A DNA stretch of 63,978 nt, filler included, from Acidimicrobiia bacterium (GCA_046759765.1; 12 parts of 12 records of this genome joined end to end with filler, not necessarily neighbours in it), one strand, 5' to 3'. Numbered from the whole stretch's first letter, positions 38,531 through 50,363 are shown. The notes: generated by a model from the letters alone, not told the origin. Numbers and translations are program-made.

Positions 38531-39805
38531 ATGACCGAACTTCAGCTCGGACTGCTAATCGTCTTGGGTGTCTGCATCCTGGCGTCGGGGTTCTTTTCCG
38601 GATCGGAAACAGCTCTAGTCGCCGTACCGCGCGAGCGTGTCCACCTGGGGGCCGGAGCGAGCCGACGGGGTCGACGGCTGGCAGAACTGACCGCCGACCC
38701 GGAACGAATGCTCGGCACACTGCTCCTGGCCAATAACTTCGTGAACATCCTGGCGGCGGCGGCTGCAACGACTCTGGCGATTCAGCTCATCGGCGAACCG
38801 TGGGGGCCCTGGGTTGCCACCATCGCCATCACCTCCCTGATCCTGGTCATCGGCGAGATCACTCCCAAAACGCTGGCAGCCAGGCATCCCGAGGCCTTCG
38901 CTTTAGTGGTCGCTACCCCTATCTACTGGCTGAGCAGGGTGATTCATCCCGTTGCTCAGATCTTCATCTTTATCAGCAGAGGACTACTGCGCCTGCTCGG
39001 GGTTACTCATCGAGGTGGGCCGGTAATCACGGAAGAGGACATCACGGCCCTCGCGGCCCTGGGCGAGCTCATGGGAGAGATCGATACTGAGGAGCGTCAG
39101 ATAATCGAATCGCTATTCGATCTGGCCGACCGGCCCGTTCGAGATGTGATGACCCCTCATGTAGACGTCGTTTCGCTCGACACACCCCTGACCGAGACGG
39201 ATATTCGGCGTGTGGTCGCAGAGACCGGGCATTCACGCTTTCCGATCCGGCGGAGGGGGACCAGTCTCGATGAGGTGGCCGGCGTCCTCTACATCAAGGA
39301 CGTTCTCTCCTCGCCGGACGAGCTGCGACCCGCCCGGATCCGCGAGTTGGCCCGCCAGCCAGTCTTCGTGCCCGAGAGCACCCCGATCCTCAAGCTCCTC
39401 CAGGACATGAGAACGCGGCGCTTCGGTTTTGGGATCGTCGTTGACGAGCACGGAGGTGTCGAAGGCATCGTCACAATCAAGGACCTCATGTCCGAGCTAG
39501 TCGGAGACATCCAGGACGAGTACGACCCAGGCGTACCGACGTCGATAGCAGCAGGAGACGGGACTTGGATCGCGGACGGCCGGCTGCCGGTTGACGAGCT
39601 GGCCGAACAGGTAGGGGTGGCCTTCCCTGAAGGGCCATATTCGACCGTAGGAGGGATGTTCCTGGCGGCCGCGGGTCACATACCGGAGGAGGGCCAAACC
39701 GTAGAGCTCGATGGTGTCGCGATAACGGTGCTCCGTATGGAAGGTAGGAGAATCGATCGGGTTCGCGTGGAGGTAGCCGGAGAGCAAGATCCGGACCCGA
39801 GGTAG
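38531..39805 (+). CDS. CNNM/hemolysin family protein (DUF21-CBS-CBS-CorC)
   Basis: SGFFSGSETAL, GEITPKTLA, VMTP, GHSRFP, VVDEHGG, TVGG. Confidence 0.92.
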   Translation: MTELQLGLLIVLGVCILASGFFSGSETALVAVPRERVHLGAGASRRGRRLAELTADPERMLGTLLLANNFVNILAAAAATTLAIQLIGEPWGPWVATIAITSLILVIGEITPKTLAARHPEAFALVVATPIYWLSRVIHPVAQIFIFISRGLLRLLGVTHRGGPVITEEDITALAALGELMGEIDTEERQIIESLFDLADRPVRDVMTPHVDVVSLDTPLTETDIRRVVAETGHSRFPIRRRGTSLDEVAGVLYIKDVLSSPDELRPARIRELARQPVFVPESTPILKLLQDMRTRRFGFGIVVDEHGGVEGIVTIKDLMSELVGDIQDEYDPGVPTSIAAGDGTWIADGRLPVDELAEQVGVAFPEGPYSTVGGMFLAAAGHIPEEGQTVELDGVAITVLRMEGRRIDRVRVEVAGEQDPDPR

Positions 39806-39816
39806 GATCCGCAACA

Positions 39817-39890
39817 CGGGACGTGGCGCAGTTTGGTAGCGCGCATCGTTCGGGACGATGAGGTCGCCGGTTCAAATCCGGCCGTCCCGA
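39817..39890 (+). tRNA. tRNA-Pro(CGG)
   Basis: CGGGACG acceptor, CATCG-TTCGGGA-CGATG anticodon arm, GGTTCAAATCC. Confidence 0.95.
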
Positions 39891-39991
39891 CNNNNNNNNN
39901 NNNNNNNNNNNNNNNNNNNNNNNNNNNNNNNNNNNTTAATTAATTAANNNNNNNNNNNNNNNNNNNNNNNNNNNNNNNNNNNNNNNNNNNN

Positions 39992-41507
39992 GCCACACCT
40001 GCTCCCACATGTGCTTCTGTAGGTCGTCGTAGACCTGCGCCCGCTGGCCCGGATCGACGGTCGCTTGGCCCTGCTCGATCAGCCCCTGGAGCGTCTCGTC
40101 TCCGAACCACCAGGCGAACCGCGACGAGTACACCTGGGAGGCCGCGTCCGGATCGCCGCTAGTGGCCCAGCTCAGGTGATAGATCGCTCCCGTTCCTGTC
40201 TCGCTGAACACGTCGTCGATCACCGCCCCCACGTCCCCGGTGACGATCTTCGGCTTGAGGCCCACCGACTGCATCTGAGCCACTGCGGCCTCAGTCACCT
40301 CTAGCGACCGGGGCTGAAAGCCCACCGGCACCTGAATCTCGAACTCCGGTCCGCCGTCGGTGATCCCCCCGGCCGTCAGCTCCTCCTCGACCTTGGCCTG
40401 GTCGAAACGGTACAGCGGCTCTTGGGCCGCATAGTGGAGAGTGTTGGAAGGAAGAAGGCTCCGCGCCACCGCACTCTTTCCCAGCACCAGGCTGTCGACC
40501 AAGGGTTCCCGGTCGAACGACCAGTTCACCGCCCGACGAAAGTTGACGTTCTCGTCCCAGATCGGCAAACGGCCGGGACGTACGTAGAAGTTGACGCTCT
40601 CGATCGCCGTGAACGATTTCACCTCCACGTCCGCCTCATCGGCCAGGATGGGTAGGTGCTGCGGTGGCACCCGGTCGAGAACCTCGGCCTGCCCGGCCAG
40701 GAAGCCGTCCAAACGGGTCTGGGGGTCCTGAATGAATTCCCAGATCAGCGTTTTGATCTTGGGCGGATCCCGCCAGTAGTCGAGATTCGCCTCCATCGTC
40801 TTGACATCGACGGTGTCCTCGACGAGTCGAAAGGTGCCGGTGCCGTTGGGCTGCGCAACGGCTGGTGCCGCGAGCCACTCGGCCGACAGGATGGGCGTCC
40901 ACCACAGCTGGACGATGATGGGGGCGAACGGCTTCTCGGTGCTGATGCGAGCGGTGAGTTTGTCGACCACCTCCACTTGAGCCGGCAACCACAACAACGA
41001 GTACGCGCTGCGGTCGGGATCTGAGGCGAATTCCACCGAGGCCTTGACGTCTTCCGCCGTGAACTCCTGGCCGTCGTGGAACGTCACGCCCTCGCGCAGG
41101 TCGAACTCCCAAGTGAGTTCGTCGATCTGCCGCCAGTCGGTGGCCAACACGGGCTGGGGATCGCCCGGCCAATTCGGGAAGTCCACCAGCGAGTCGTACA
41201 CCTGCCGTTCCAATCGGATTTGGCTCAGCGCCGTCGACGCGTACGGTGACCAGTCGGCCCAGAAGTTCTCTGCGTTGAGGAACCGCACCGTGCCCGTGGG
41301 CTGGGCCACAGCCGGAGCGGTGGTTGTGACCGGTTCGGGCGGCGGCGCAGTGGTTGCGGGAGGTGCAGCTGGCGTAGTGACAACCTCCGTCGGCGCACAC
41401 GCCGCCAATAGGCCCGCCGCGCCGCCGAGTTTCAAGAACGTTCGCCGCGTCATACGGCCGGTGTATTCAATCTGCGTTGAGTCTTTGCCTTGCTCCCGAT
41501 GATTCAT
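39992..41507 (-). CDS. ABC peptide/nickel (family 5) substrate-binding Tat lipoprotein, 3' partial
   Basis: TRRTFLK Tat motif, LLAAC lipobox, LREGVTFHDG..FTAEDV. Confidence 0.88.
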
Positions 41508-41663
41508 GGCCGCGCCCCTCCTCCTGTGAGCTCGCCCCCGTTTTAGGTGATGAAACGGTTACTTCATTGGGCCACTCTGTTGTAGCAGTGGGCCAGAGGG
41601 GTGTCAACGGGCCGCCCGAGGCGTTAGGGACTACATGGTCCGCCGCCTGGAGGCGGGGTCTTA

Positions 41664-42704
41664 TCACAACGATGGAATGAATTCCTCGAAGCTGAGCCTG
41701 TGATCCTCGGTAGCGCCGCGTGGATGCAGCATCACGACTCGGTGATCGAAGTCGAATAGTGCGGAGCACAGTGTTAGTAATGGGTCGCCGCCAGTTGCAT
41801 CGCGCCAGATGCCCATCGCTGGATCCGAAAAAGCACGGAGGGCTTCATCGCGGTTGCTGGGTTCATCGAGTGAGTTCAGTTTCTCGAGCCGCGGCAAGCT
41901 CTGCTCGTCGATTACCTGCTGCTCAGTCAGAGCGAGGAAGTGGTTGGTGTGGGCGTATCGGTGAGCCACCGCCCCGGCCGAGATACCGCTGGGTCCCACT
42001 TCGACTGTGAGAAGCTGCCGCTCCTGAGCGGATCCCACCATATAGGTGTATCCACCCGCAACCGGCACCTGCCCAGCCCAATCAACGAATTCGGCCAGCG
42101 ACGTGGCTCCGGCAAGGCGCCTTGCTAAGAACTGCCTCCCCACACCGGCACCTGGATTCGCGACCGGTATGTGATCGATGCCGCAAGCGATGCCCGAGCC
42201 GTTCAGCCAGAACGTCATGGTCGCCATCATGCCGGGGTACCAGTAGGTCGTGACGGGAAGGTCTCCGTCAATGTGCAGGGTGAGAAGCGGACAATCACCC
42301 TCGTGGACTGGATCAGCGTCCTCGTTGTGAACCAGGAGCAATCTCGTCTGGCTACGAAGCCCAAGATCGCTACAGCCATTGTTCTCGTAGCCAAGATCGC
42401 CCCGGATATTCAGCCATAGCAGCTCGTTGGCAGGTACGTCGGCTCCCTCAGCCATGGCCTCCAGCTCGGAGACCGGCCCTGGGAACATTCGTCTTGTCGT
42501 TTCCAGGACGGTTGCGAGGTGCGGAGACTTCCGCATCCTTGTTGCACGCTTCCGTTCGCTAGCCCCCGCTAGGAATGCCGTGATGACATCTCCGAACGTT
42601 TCGCCGAGATGGCGGAAGACTTGCCTTCGTGGCCCTCTCAGTGTCAACCAGGCCAGCGGCCCAAGAGAGGTTTCGGAGATCTCTAGGTCAGAGACCCTGC
42701 TCAC
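41664..42704 (-). CDS. C45 family autoproteolytic acyltransferase/hydrolase (Ntn)
   Basis: G|CSD nucleophile, HNED, LNGSGI, HTNHF. Confidence 0.8.
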   Translation of the reverse strand: MSRVSDLEISETSLGPLAWLTLRGPRRQVFRHLGETFGDVITAFLAGASERKRATRMRKSPHLATVLETTRRMFPGPVSELEAMAEGADVPANELLWLNIRGDLGYENNGCSDLGLRSQTRLLLVHNEDADPVHEGDCPLLTLHIDGDLPVTTYWYPGMMATMTFWLNGSGIACGIDHIPVANPGAGVGRQFLARRLAGATSLAEFVDWAGQVPVAGGYTYMVGSAQERQLLTVEVGPSGISAGAVAHRYAHTNHFLALTEQQVIDEQSLPRLEKLNSLDEPSNRDEALRAFSDPAMGIWRDATGGDPLLTLCSALFDFDHRVVMLHPRGATEDHRLSFEEFIPSL

Positions 42705-43434
42705 GCTGTTCCTTGTAAGCGGCCAGGGTCTTCTTGTCTGGGGGGTAGGTACCCGGCAGTGGAGAGCCCTGCTCTATCTTCTCCAGCAGGAATCCTTCTA
42801 GCTCCTCCTCAGCGACTGCGCCCTCTGCGATCAACGGAGCCATCAGACGGGGTATTGCGACGACCCCTTCCGGGTCGCCGACGAGTATGTCTCCGGGAAA
42901 CACGGAAACACCGCCACAACCTATGGGTAGCTGGAAATCCACTGCATGATGGATGGTCAGGCTCAGCGGCGCGGCCCCCCCGGCGCAGAAGACCGGGAAG
43001 TCCATCTTGGCGATCAGGGGTGAGTCGCGGACCGAACCATCGGTGACGACCGCCGCAGCGCCACGTCTCATGATCCTTGTAACCAGCATATTTCCGAGAG
43101 CCCCGGCCTCAGTTTGGCCGCGACAATCAACCACGAGTACCTGTCCATTGCTGAGGCTCTCGATAGCTCGGCGCTGAGGATGCTCTGGATTCGCAAAGCC
43201 CTCGACAACATCGAGGTCCTCGCGGGCGGGTATGTATCGCAGCGTGAACGCCTCGCCCACGAATCGAGCGGCGGAAGGGTTGAGAGGGCGGACTCCGTTG
43301 AGAAAGGTGTTCCGGAGGCCGCGAGCGAAGAGCTCGGCTGTGAGGGTGGCCGTGCTCGCCCTGCTCAAGAGCTCCAAGATTTGCGGACCTACCGGCTCAA
43401 CCCCCAAAACGACCCCTCTCAGGCTTCCGGACAT
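42688..43434 (-). CDS. RraA/HMG-aldolase family protein
   Basis: STATL, GEAFTLRYIPARED, VTDGSVRD, GGVSVFPGDILVGD.EGVVAIP. Confidence 0.88.
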   Translation of the reverse strand: MSGSLRGVVLGVEPVGPQILELLSRASTATLTAELFARGLRNTFLNGVRPLNPSAARFVGEAFTLRYIPAREDLDVVEGFANPEHPQRRAIESLSNGQVLVVDCRGQTEAGALGNMLVTRIMRRGAAAVVTDGSVRDSPLIAKMDFPVFCAGGAAPLSLTIHHAVDFQLPIGCGGVSVFPGDILVGDPEGVVAIPRLMAPLIAEGAVAEEELEGFLLEKIEQGSPLPGTYPPDKKTLAAYKEQREQGL

Positions 43435-43564
43435 ATAGCAATCCCTGGCAGCGGCCGTCAACCGATGTCAACATGGAGGACGAGTACCGACTATCACGGG
43501 CAGTGCAGTAGCCGTGGCTGTCGGCGGAGCCGCTGGCCCGGCTCAGTCGGTGAGGGGAGACAAT

Positions 43565-44389
43565 GTGACAACCATCCGAATTGGAGCCGCTCAAGTCCCA
43601 CCCACCTCGAAGCTGGACAAGAACCTGACCAAGACCATCGAATACATGGAAAAGGCTGCCGCCGCGGGCGTGGAGATTCTCTGTTTCCCCGAGGCCCATA
43701 TACCCGGCTATCGGGCCGGCATCCTGGATCCAGACGCGCCGTGCGACGATGTCGGGTTGGCTCGAGCCGCGGCACAGGTCTCTGCCATCTGTCGGGAGCT
43801 CTCGATCGGCGTCGTTCTTGGTACAGAAACCCCCAATCCCGGCGGCAGGCCGTTCAACAGCGCGATCGTCATGGATCAACGAGGCGACACGATATCCGTG
43901 CACCACAAGTCGAAGCTCACGCCCAACGATGCTCTCGCTTACGCAGCCGGCTCAAGGCCCACGATGTTCACCTTTCGCGACATACCCATGGGCGTGGTGA
44001 TCTGTTTCGAAGCCTTCCGATTCCCCGAGACGACTCGGGAGCTGGCGAAGGGCGGCGCCGCGGTCGTCTTCCACCCGCAGTTCAACCACGTCATGCCCAG
44101 AATGGAGTGGAAGCTACCCGTCCATGAGGCCCTACTCGTGACTCGCGCGGCCGAAAATACGCTCTACGTTGTATCCGCCAATATGAGCCATCCCCGCAAC
44201 AATTGCCGATCATTGGTCATTGCGCCCGACGGGTTGATCCAAGAGGCTTCGGTCCTCGGTGAAGAGATGCTGGTGGTCGCCGATCTTGACCCAAGGCTTT
44301 CGACCCATGCGTTTCTTAACGACGATCTGAGTCTGATGGCAAAGGCTTTGGCTGAACTCGAAGTTGACCCAGCTCGGACGTGGGGATAG
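43565..44389 (+). CDS. carbon-nitrogen hydrolase (nitrilase family)
   Basis: E-K-C triad: FPE, HHKSKL, ICFE; RAAEN. Confidence 0.9.
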   Translation: MTTIRIGAAQVPPTSKLDKNLTKTIEYMEKAAAAGVEILCFPEAHIPGYRAGILDPDAPCDDVGLARAAAQVSAICRELSIGVVLGTETPNPGGRPFNSAIVMDQRGDTISVHHKSKLTPNDALAYAAGSRPTMFTFRDIPMGVVICFEAFRFPETTRELAKGGAAVVFHPQFNHVMPRMEWKLPVHEALLVTRAAENTLYVVSANMSHPRNNCRSLVIAPDGLIQEASVLGEEMLVVADLDPRLSTHAFLNDDLSLMAKALAELEVDPARTWG

Positions 44390-44403
44390 CGCCCGGGTGA
44401 CCT

Positions 44404-44796
44404 CTATTGCGCGTTTCCGGGCAGCAGAGCCACCATCTCGATCTCTACCAGCAGATCTGGACGCACGAGTCGAGCACCTACCGTCGAACGGGCTGGCCGG
44501 TCACTAGGGAAATACCGGCGATAGACCTCGTTCATGGCGGCGAAGTCCTCTACTTCGGCCAGGTAGACGTTGACCTTGACCACGTGCTCCAATTTGGTGC
44601 CCGCCGCTTCCAGGACCTCCCTCAGGTTCTCCAAAGCTTGTTCGGTCTGAGCCTGGATGCCCGCGGGTGCCTCACCGGTTTCGGGCACGAACCCGGCGTG
44701 CCCTGAGGTGTAGATGAAGTCTCCCCTGGCATAGACCGCCGATGAATATGGCAGATCGGCAGCTTCGTCTCCGAGGTTCACGACACGTCGCTGCAT
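44404..44796 (-). CDS. RidA/YjgF family protein
   Basis: PYSSAV, YTSG, FAAMNEVYRRYF...PARSTV, VEIEMVA. Confidence 0.9.
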   Translation of the reverse strand: MQRRVVNLGDEAADLPYSSAVYARGDFIYTSGHAGFVPETGEAPAGIQAQTEQALENLREVLEAAGTKLEHVVKVNVYLAEVEDFAAMNEVYRRYFPSDRPARSTVGARLVRPDLLVEIEMVALLPGNAQ

Positions 44797-44800
44797 TTCT

Positions 44801-45363
44801 CTACCTTTCCTGATGGGTGAACAGAGGCTCATCCGCTCGCCAGCTAACGGGTTCGCCCCACCTCTCCGCGAAGGCGACTTCATGTGCCGGTCGGCGCGCG
44901 GCAACGGCCCACCGCCCGTTCGGGTAGCCCACCGACACCGCCGCGCTGTTGACCCAACCGCGGTCGGGTGGAACTCCAAGAAGCTCGGCGACCTCTGCCT
45001 GCTTCCATTCGCCAAGGATCGTCGTGAGCGTCGTGCCAAGGCCCTGAGCCCGGGCAGCCAACATCAGGCTCCAAACCGCTGGAAAGATCGACGCTCCGGT
45101 CGGATCGTTTCGCGAGAAGGCAAGGATCCACAGTGGGACCTCGACAAAGTTCCTGGCCAGCCACTCTGCCGAGTCCAGAACCCGTAACGCCTGGTCATCG
45201 CCGGCGGCTTGTGCCCGCTCACGCCGCCCCGGGTGGACCCTGGTCTGAATGGTCTCCCAGGCCTCCCAGTACAGCCCACCGAGCCGCCGCTTCAACTCCG
45301 GATCCGTCACGGCGATGAACCGCCAGCTCTGTGCGTTTCCTCCCGAGGGACTGCGAATGGCCG
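44801..45363 (-). CDS. nitroreductase family protein, 5' partial
   Basis: SPSGGNAQSWRFIAV, GASIFPAVWSLMLAARAQGLGT, VGYP. Confidence 0.85.
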
Positions 45364-45463
45364 NNNNNNNNNNNNNNNNNNNNNNNNNNNNNNNNNNNNN
45401 NNNNNNNTTAATTAATTAANNNNNNNNNNNNNNNNNNNNNNNNNNNNNNNNNNNNNNNNNNNN

Positions 45464-45769
45464 CGACACATCCCATCCGACTGCCACTAGGCCGGGGCCT
45501 CCGGAGGTCACGCTCTGCATGATCTGATCCTCCTCCCCAGCAAAGACCGCCTCGTCGTGGGGGACCCGGGACCAAACAATCGAGGAAACAGGAGCGGTGG
45601 TGGTTGTCGCGAGGGTTGTGGTGGTCGCGGTGGTGGCTTCCGTCACTTCAGTGGTCGTATCAGTCGCCGTCGTGGGCGTGCTGGTTGTGGTTTCGGAGGC
45701 ATCGCCGTCCCCGCCCGCGCACGCGCTCGCCGCCAGCGCCACAGCAACGACCAACGCTCGGAGCTTCAT
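45464..45769 (-). CDS. Thr-rich lipoprotein, 3' partial
   Basis: LAASAC lipobox, poly-Thr linker, WSRV...GGPGLVAVG repeat start. Confidence 0.7.
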
Positions 45770-46014
45770 TGCTTCAGCCTATGCGAAGGCCAGCGTCCTA
45801 TCGGCTGAGACGCGAGGGCTCCCAACCGGTCGCGGAGACGACGAGTCTTGGATCGCTAGAACTCCGAAGAAGGCTGGTCTCGATGGCTCATCGCAGTGTG
45901 GGCAGGATTGACCCTTGTATCGGCTGTGCCTCAGGGTGACCCAGAACCGCAAGCGGAGGCATAAAGGTGTCAGACCCGCGAGAATCGCCCGAACCACGGA
46001 TTGGGGGCCAACCG

Positions 46015-47691
46015 ATGAACGAGCAGCTGCAGCAGCTGTCGACCGAGTACTGGGACACGCTGATGGAGGCATTTCCTTCCTCAGCGACGCTGCTGGGAGA
46101 CCATCGGTTCGACGACCAGATCGAAGACTTCTCCAACGAAAACCTGCAGTCGCTCGCAGACCGACTGGCGTCGATCAAGACAACAGCCGAGGCGATAGAT
46201 GAGTCCGGACTGAGTACCACCGAAAAAGTGAGCCGCTCGATGATGCTGTGGGGGTGTCGCTCGTTTCAGGAGCAATTCGAGCTCGGAGTAATCGAGCTCC
46301 AGAGCGACCAGATGAACGGACCGCACGCTTCCTACCTCACCCTGCTTCCCAACCTGAATCTCCCGGACCCCGAGCACGCCGACGCAATACTCAGCCGTTT
46401 TGAGAAGTTCGACATTCCTCTCGAGACGGCGGCGGATCGTTTTCGAGACGGGCTCGCCAAAGGTAGAACGCCCGCTCGAATCAATATCGAGCGGAGCCTC
46501 CATCAGCTCGACGGCTACCTGGCGAAGTCGCTCGACAACGATCCGTTTGTAAATCTCCAAGGACCGGCCGACTGGGGCGGGGAAAGCGAATGGAGAGACC
46601 GGTTGCGAGACATCGTCGCCACCAATATCCGTCCTGCGTTTGAGCGTTACCGCACGGCCCTTGCCGACGAGCTTCTCCCGGTCGGCCGCCCGAACGACCA
46701 AGCGGGTCTCCGATGGATCAAGGATGGTGAGGAGCTGTACGCAGTCCTGGCGCGCTACTACACAACCTCCGAGCTAACGCCAGCGGAGCTGCACCGGATC
46801 GGTCGGGACGTCATCGAGAATCAACTCCCCGGGGAGTACGCGACCATCAGCGAACGTGCCCTCGGCATCTCCGATCTTCCGGAGCTCCTCGAGAAGCTAC
46901 GCAGCGATCTGACGTTGCGCTTCTCGACCGGTGACGAGATGCTCGAGGTAGCGACCAATTCGCTCACGCGCGCGACCGCCGCCATGGATAGCTGGTTCGG
47001 GAGGCTTCCCCAGGCGGAGTGCCAGATCGAGGTAGTGCCCGATCACATTGCGGCCGATGTCCCTCGTGCCTATTACTTCCCGCCCGCCGATGACGGGTCA
47101 CGGCCCGGCACCCACTTTGTCAACCTCCATGATCCCGAGGACTGCAATCGATACGACGCCGAGGCGGTGGCGTTCCACGAATCGATCCCGGGTCATCATC
47201 TACAGATCGCCATCGGCTCGGAGCTGGAGAACGTTCCCGTCTTCCAACGCCATGCGCTGGCCGGCGCCTTTGTTGAGGGATGGGGCCTTTACTCGGAGCG
47301 GCTGGCCGATGAGATGGGGCTCTACTCGAGTGATCTCGACCGGATCGGCATGTTGTCCGGCGACTCCTGGCGCTGCGGACGCTTGGTCGTTGACACCGGA
47401 ATCCACACGATGGGCTGGTCTCGTCAGGAAGCGATCGACTACCTCACGGCCAACAGCGCCGTCTCAGTTTCAGACATCGAGGTGGAGGTCGACCGCTACA
47501 TCGGCATTCCTGGACAAGCCCTCTCCTACAAGACAGGGGAGCGAGAGATATGGCGCCTTCGGCGCGAAGCCGAGAGCCAACTCGGAGATCGATTCGACAT
47601 CCAGGCATTCCATGATGTCGTTCTGGGCCACGGCTCCGTGAGTCTCGATCTCCTTGCTGACTTGGTGGAGGAGTGGGTCGCGGCCCAGTGA
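46015..47691 (+). CDS. DUF885 family protein
   Basis: AT.LGDHRFDD, AYYFPP..DGSRPG, FHESIPGHHLQ, EGWGLYSE, EVDRY..PGQALSY. Confidence 0.92.
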   Translation: MNEQLQQLSTEYWDTLMEAFPSSATLLGDHRFDDQIEDFSNENLQSLADRLASIKTTAEAIDESGLSTTEKVSRSMMLWGCRSFQEQFELGVIELQSDQMNGPHASYLTLLPNLNLPDPEHADAILSRFEKFDIPLETAADRFRDGLAKGRTPARINIERSLHQLDGYLAKSLDNDPFVNLQGPADWGGESEWRDRLRDIVATNIRPAFERYRTALADELLPVGRPNDQAGLRWIKDGEELYAVLARYYTTSELTPAELHRIGRDVIENQLPGEYATISERALGISDLPELLEKLRSDLTLRFSTGDEMLEVATNSLTRATAAMDSWFGRLPQAECQIEVVPDHIAADVPRAYYFPPADDGSRPGTHFVNLHDPEDCNRYDAEAVAFHESIPGHHLQIAIGSELENVPVFQRHALAGAFVEGWGLYSERLADEMGLYSSDLDRIGMLSGDSWRCGRLVVDTGIHTMGWSRQEAIDYLTANSAVSVSDIEVEVDRYIGIPGQALSYKTGEREIWRLRREAESQLGDRFDIQAFHDVVLGHGSVSLDLLADLVEEWVAAQ

Positions 47692-47741
47692 CGGGCGCCG
47701 AGGAACTACAGCTAATGGTCTCTTGTCGCCGATGAAGGCGT

Positions 47742-48308
47742 ATGGCCTCCTGCCGCCCGGTCGCGCATCTAGCCGGGCTCGTCGCCTTCCTGCTCGTGCT
47801 GGCGGCATGCAAGTCGGCAGGGGCTACCAGTAACGGCGAGCCTCAGGATGTGCTGAGAGCCAGCGCCTCATCCGCATCGACGCCTCCACCGCCGTCCGTG
47901 AGCACCACCGCCACGTCCCTAGCGACCACCAGCACCACAACCACCACAACCACGACCTCCACGACCACGACGACCACCACAACTACCAGCACCACTACGA
48001 CAACCACCACGACAACGACAACCACAACCGTCCCTCCCACAACCACCCAGGCCCCGAAAACCGTGACGGTGGAAATCAGCGACCTCAGCTTCGAGCCGCC
48101 AAGCATCACCATCACGGTGGGCGACAGTGTCCGCTGGAAGAACGGAGGCATCATCCAGCACACCGCCACGGGCTCCTTCTGGGACACCGGAGCGATCGAC
48201 AGTGGCGCCAGCTCGAGCTCGGTGACCTTTAGCGCGGCCGGCGAATTCGGCTACGTCTGCAGCTTCCACTCGGGTCAGACCGGCACGATCGTCGTTCAGA
48301 ACCCCTGA
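47742..48308 (+). CDS. lipoprotein with poly-Thr stalk and plastocyanin-type cupredoxin domain
   Basis: LAAC lipobox; ~40 Thr codons; FEPPSITITVGDSVRW.N..QHT, YVCSFHSGQTG. Confidence 0.85.
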   Translation: MASCRPVAHLAGLVAFLLVLAACKSAGATSNGEPQDVLRASASSASTPPPPSVSTTATSLATTSTTTTTTTTSTTTTTTTTTSTTTTTTTTTTTTTVPPTTTQAPKTVTVEISDLSFEPPSITITVGDSVRWKNGGIIQHTATGSFWDTGAIDSGASSSSVTFSAAGEFGYVCSFHSGQTGTIVVQNP

Positions 48309-48338
48309 GGTGGACTCGCCGGTAGGGTCGGAGGGCTC

Positions 48339-49423
<1,085 letters not shown>

Positions 49424-49486
49424 TAGCCCCGAGCGAAGCCCGGCGCAGCTTCAGTCAACCAGACTCGGCGCCGGCCCGGAGAATGT

Positions 49487-49936
49487 TCAATGGTCCCGGA
49501 CGAACGCGGCGTAGATCCCCATGACCTCGTCATGCCCCATCGCATACCCATCGGCCAGCTCCGGGACACCTGCGTCTTCGAAGCCCCAGTGCCTAAGTGT
49601 GACAAGGGTGCCCTCGCCCTGAGGCGCAAAGGCCAACTCGATGGTGGTCTCACCCTCCCAGTCCGGTGCCTGCCACGTATACACGAGCCGGCTCGGCGGC
49701 TCATACGTAACGATCCTGCCGATGTCGTAGGTAGAGCCGTCCGCGAAGATCTCGTAGTAGCGACCATTCTCCTGGGCCTCAAAGAGAATGTGGTCGGGTT
49801 CCTGGTCGGGGCCCGCAAAGGTATAGCGGAATTCTGCTCCTTGCCATGGCCACCACCGGTCGATCTCTTCCACGTAGATCTTGAACGCGACCTCAGGGGA
49901 GGCCTCAACACTGATCGTTCTCTCAACTACCTTCAT
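49487..49936 (-). CDS. SRPBCC/AHSA1 family protein
   Basis: IDRWWP, YEPPSRLVYTW, GTLVTLRHWGF. Confidence 0.85.
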   Translation of the reverse strand: MKVVERTISVEASPEVAFKIYVEEIDRWWPWQGAEFRYTFAGPDQEPDHILFEAQENGRYYEIFADGSTYDIGRIVTYEPPSRLVYTWQAPDWEGETTIELAFAPQGEGTLVTLRHWGFEDAGVPELADGYAMGHDEVMGIYAAFVRDH

Positions 49937-49944
49937 GGTCTCTC

Positions 49945-50346
49945 CTATCTCCGTGCTTCGGCGTGTCGCTTGAAGGCGAGCAGGGCTTCGTCCCACATAC
50001 GCCCGACTTCCTCCAGCCAGTCCCGCACCTCTTCCAAGGTCCCTTCTGACAGTCGATACATGCGTCGCCGACCCTGTGACTCGACCTCAACGAGTTGGGC
50101 GTCGCGCAGCACCCGCAGGTGGCGCGATACGGCGGGCCGCGAGATCTCGAACGGGCGAGCCAGGGACCCTGCCGACTGAGGGCCCGATGCCAGGGTCTCG
50201 ACGAGTTTCCTCCGTGTCGGGTCGGCGAGAGCCTCCAGCGCACGATCGAGTGCCATCCTCATCGCGTCGAGTAACCCAGTCTGGGGGATCCGGGTGGTGG
50301 AGTCGCGATGGACCCTGATGGCGTGCACCGCGCTGAGCTCATACAT
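49945..50346 (-). CDS. ArsR/SmtB family transcriptional regulator
   Basis: ALADPTRR, ISRPAVSRHLRVLRDAQLV, GRRRMYRL; start may be further downstream. Confidence 0.88.
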   Translation of the reverse strand: MYELSAVHAIRVHRDSTTRIPQTGLLDAMRMALDRALEALADPTRRKLVETLASGPQSAGSLARPFEISRPAVSRHLRVLRDAQLVEVESQGRRRMYRLSEGTLEEVRDWLEEVGRMWDEALLAFKRHAEARR

Positions 50347-50363
50347 GAAGTCACCTCCAAAGC

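Noticed and set aside
47900..48050. ACC/ACA/ACG trinucleotide-like array
   Set aside because: Coding poly-Thr linker with mixed codons, not a CRISPR array or contingency microsatellite.
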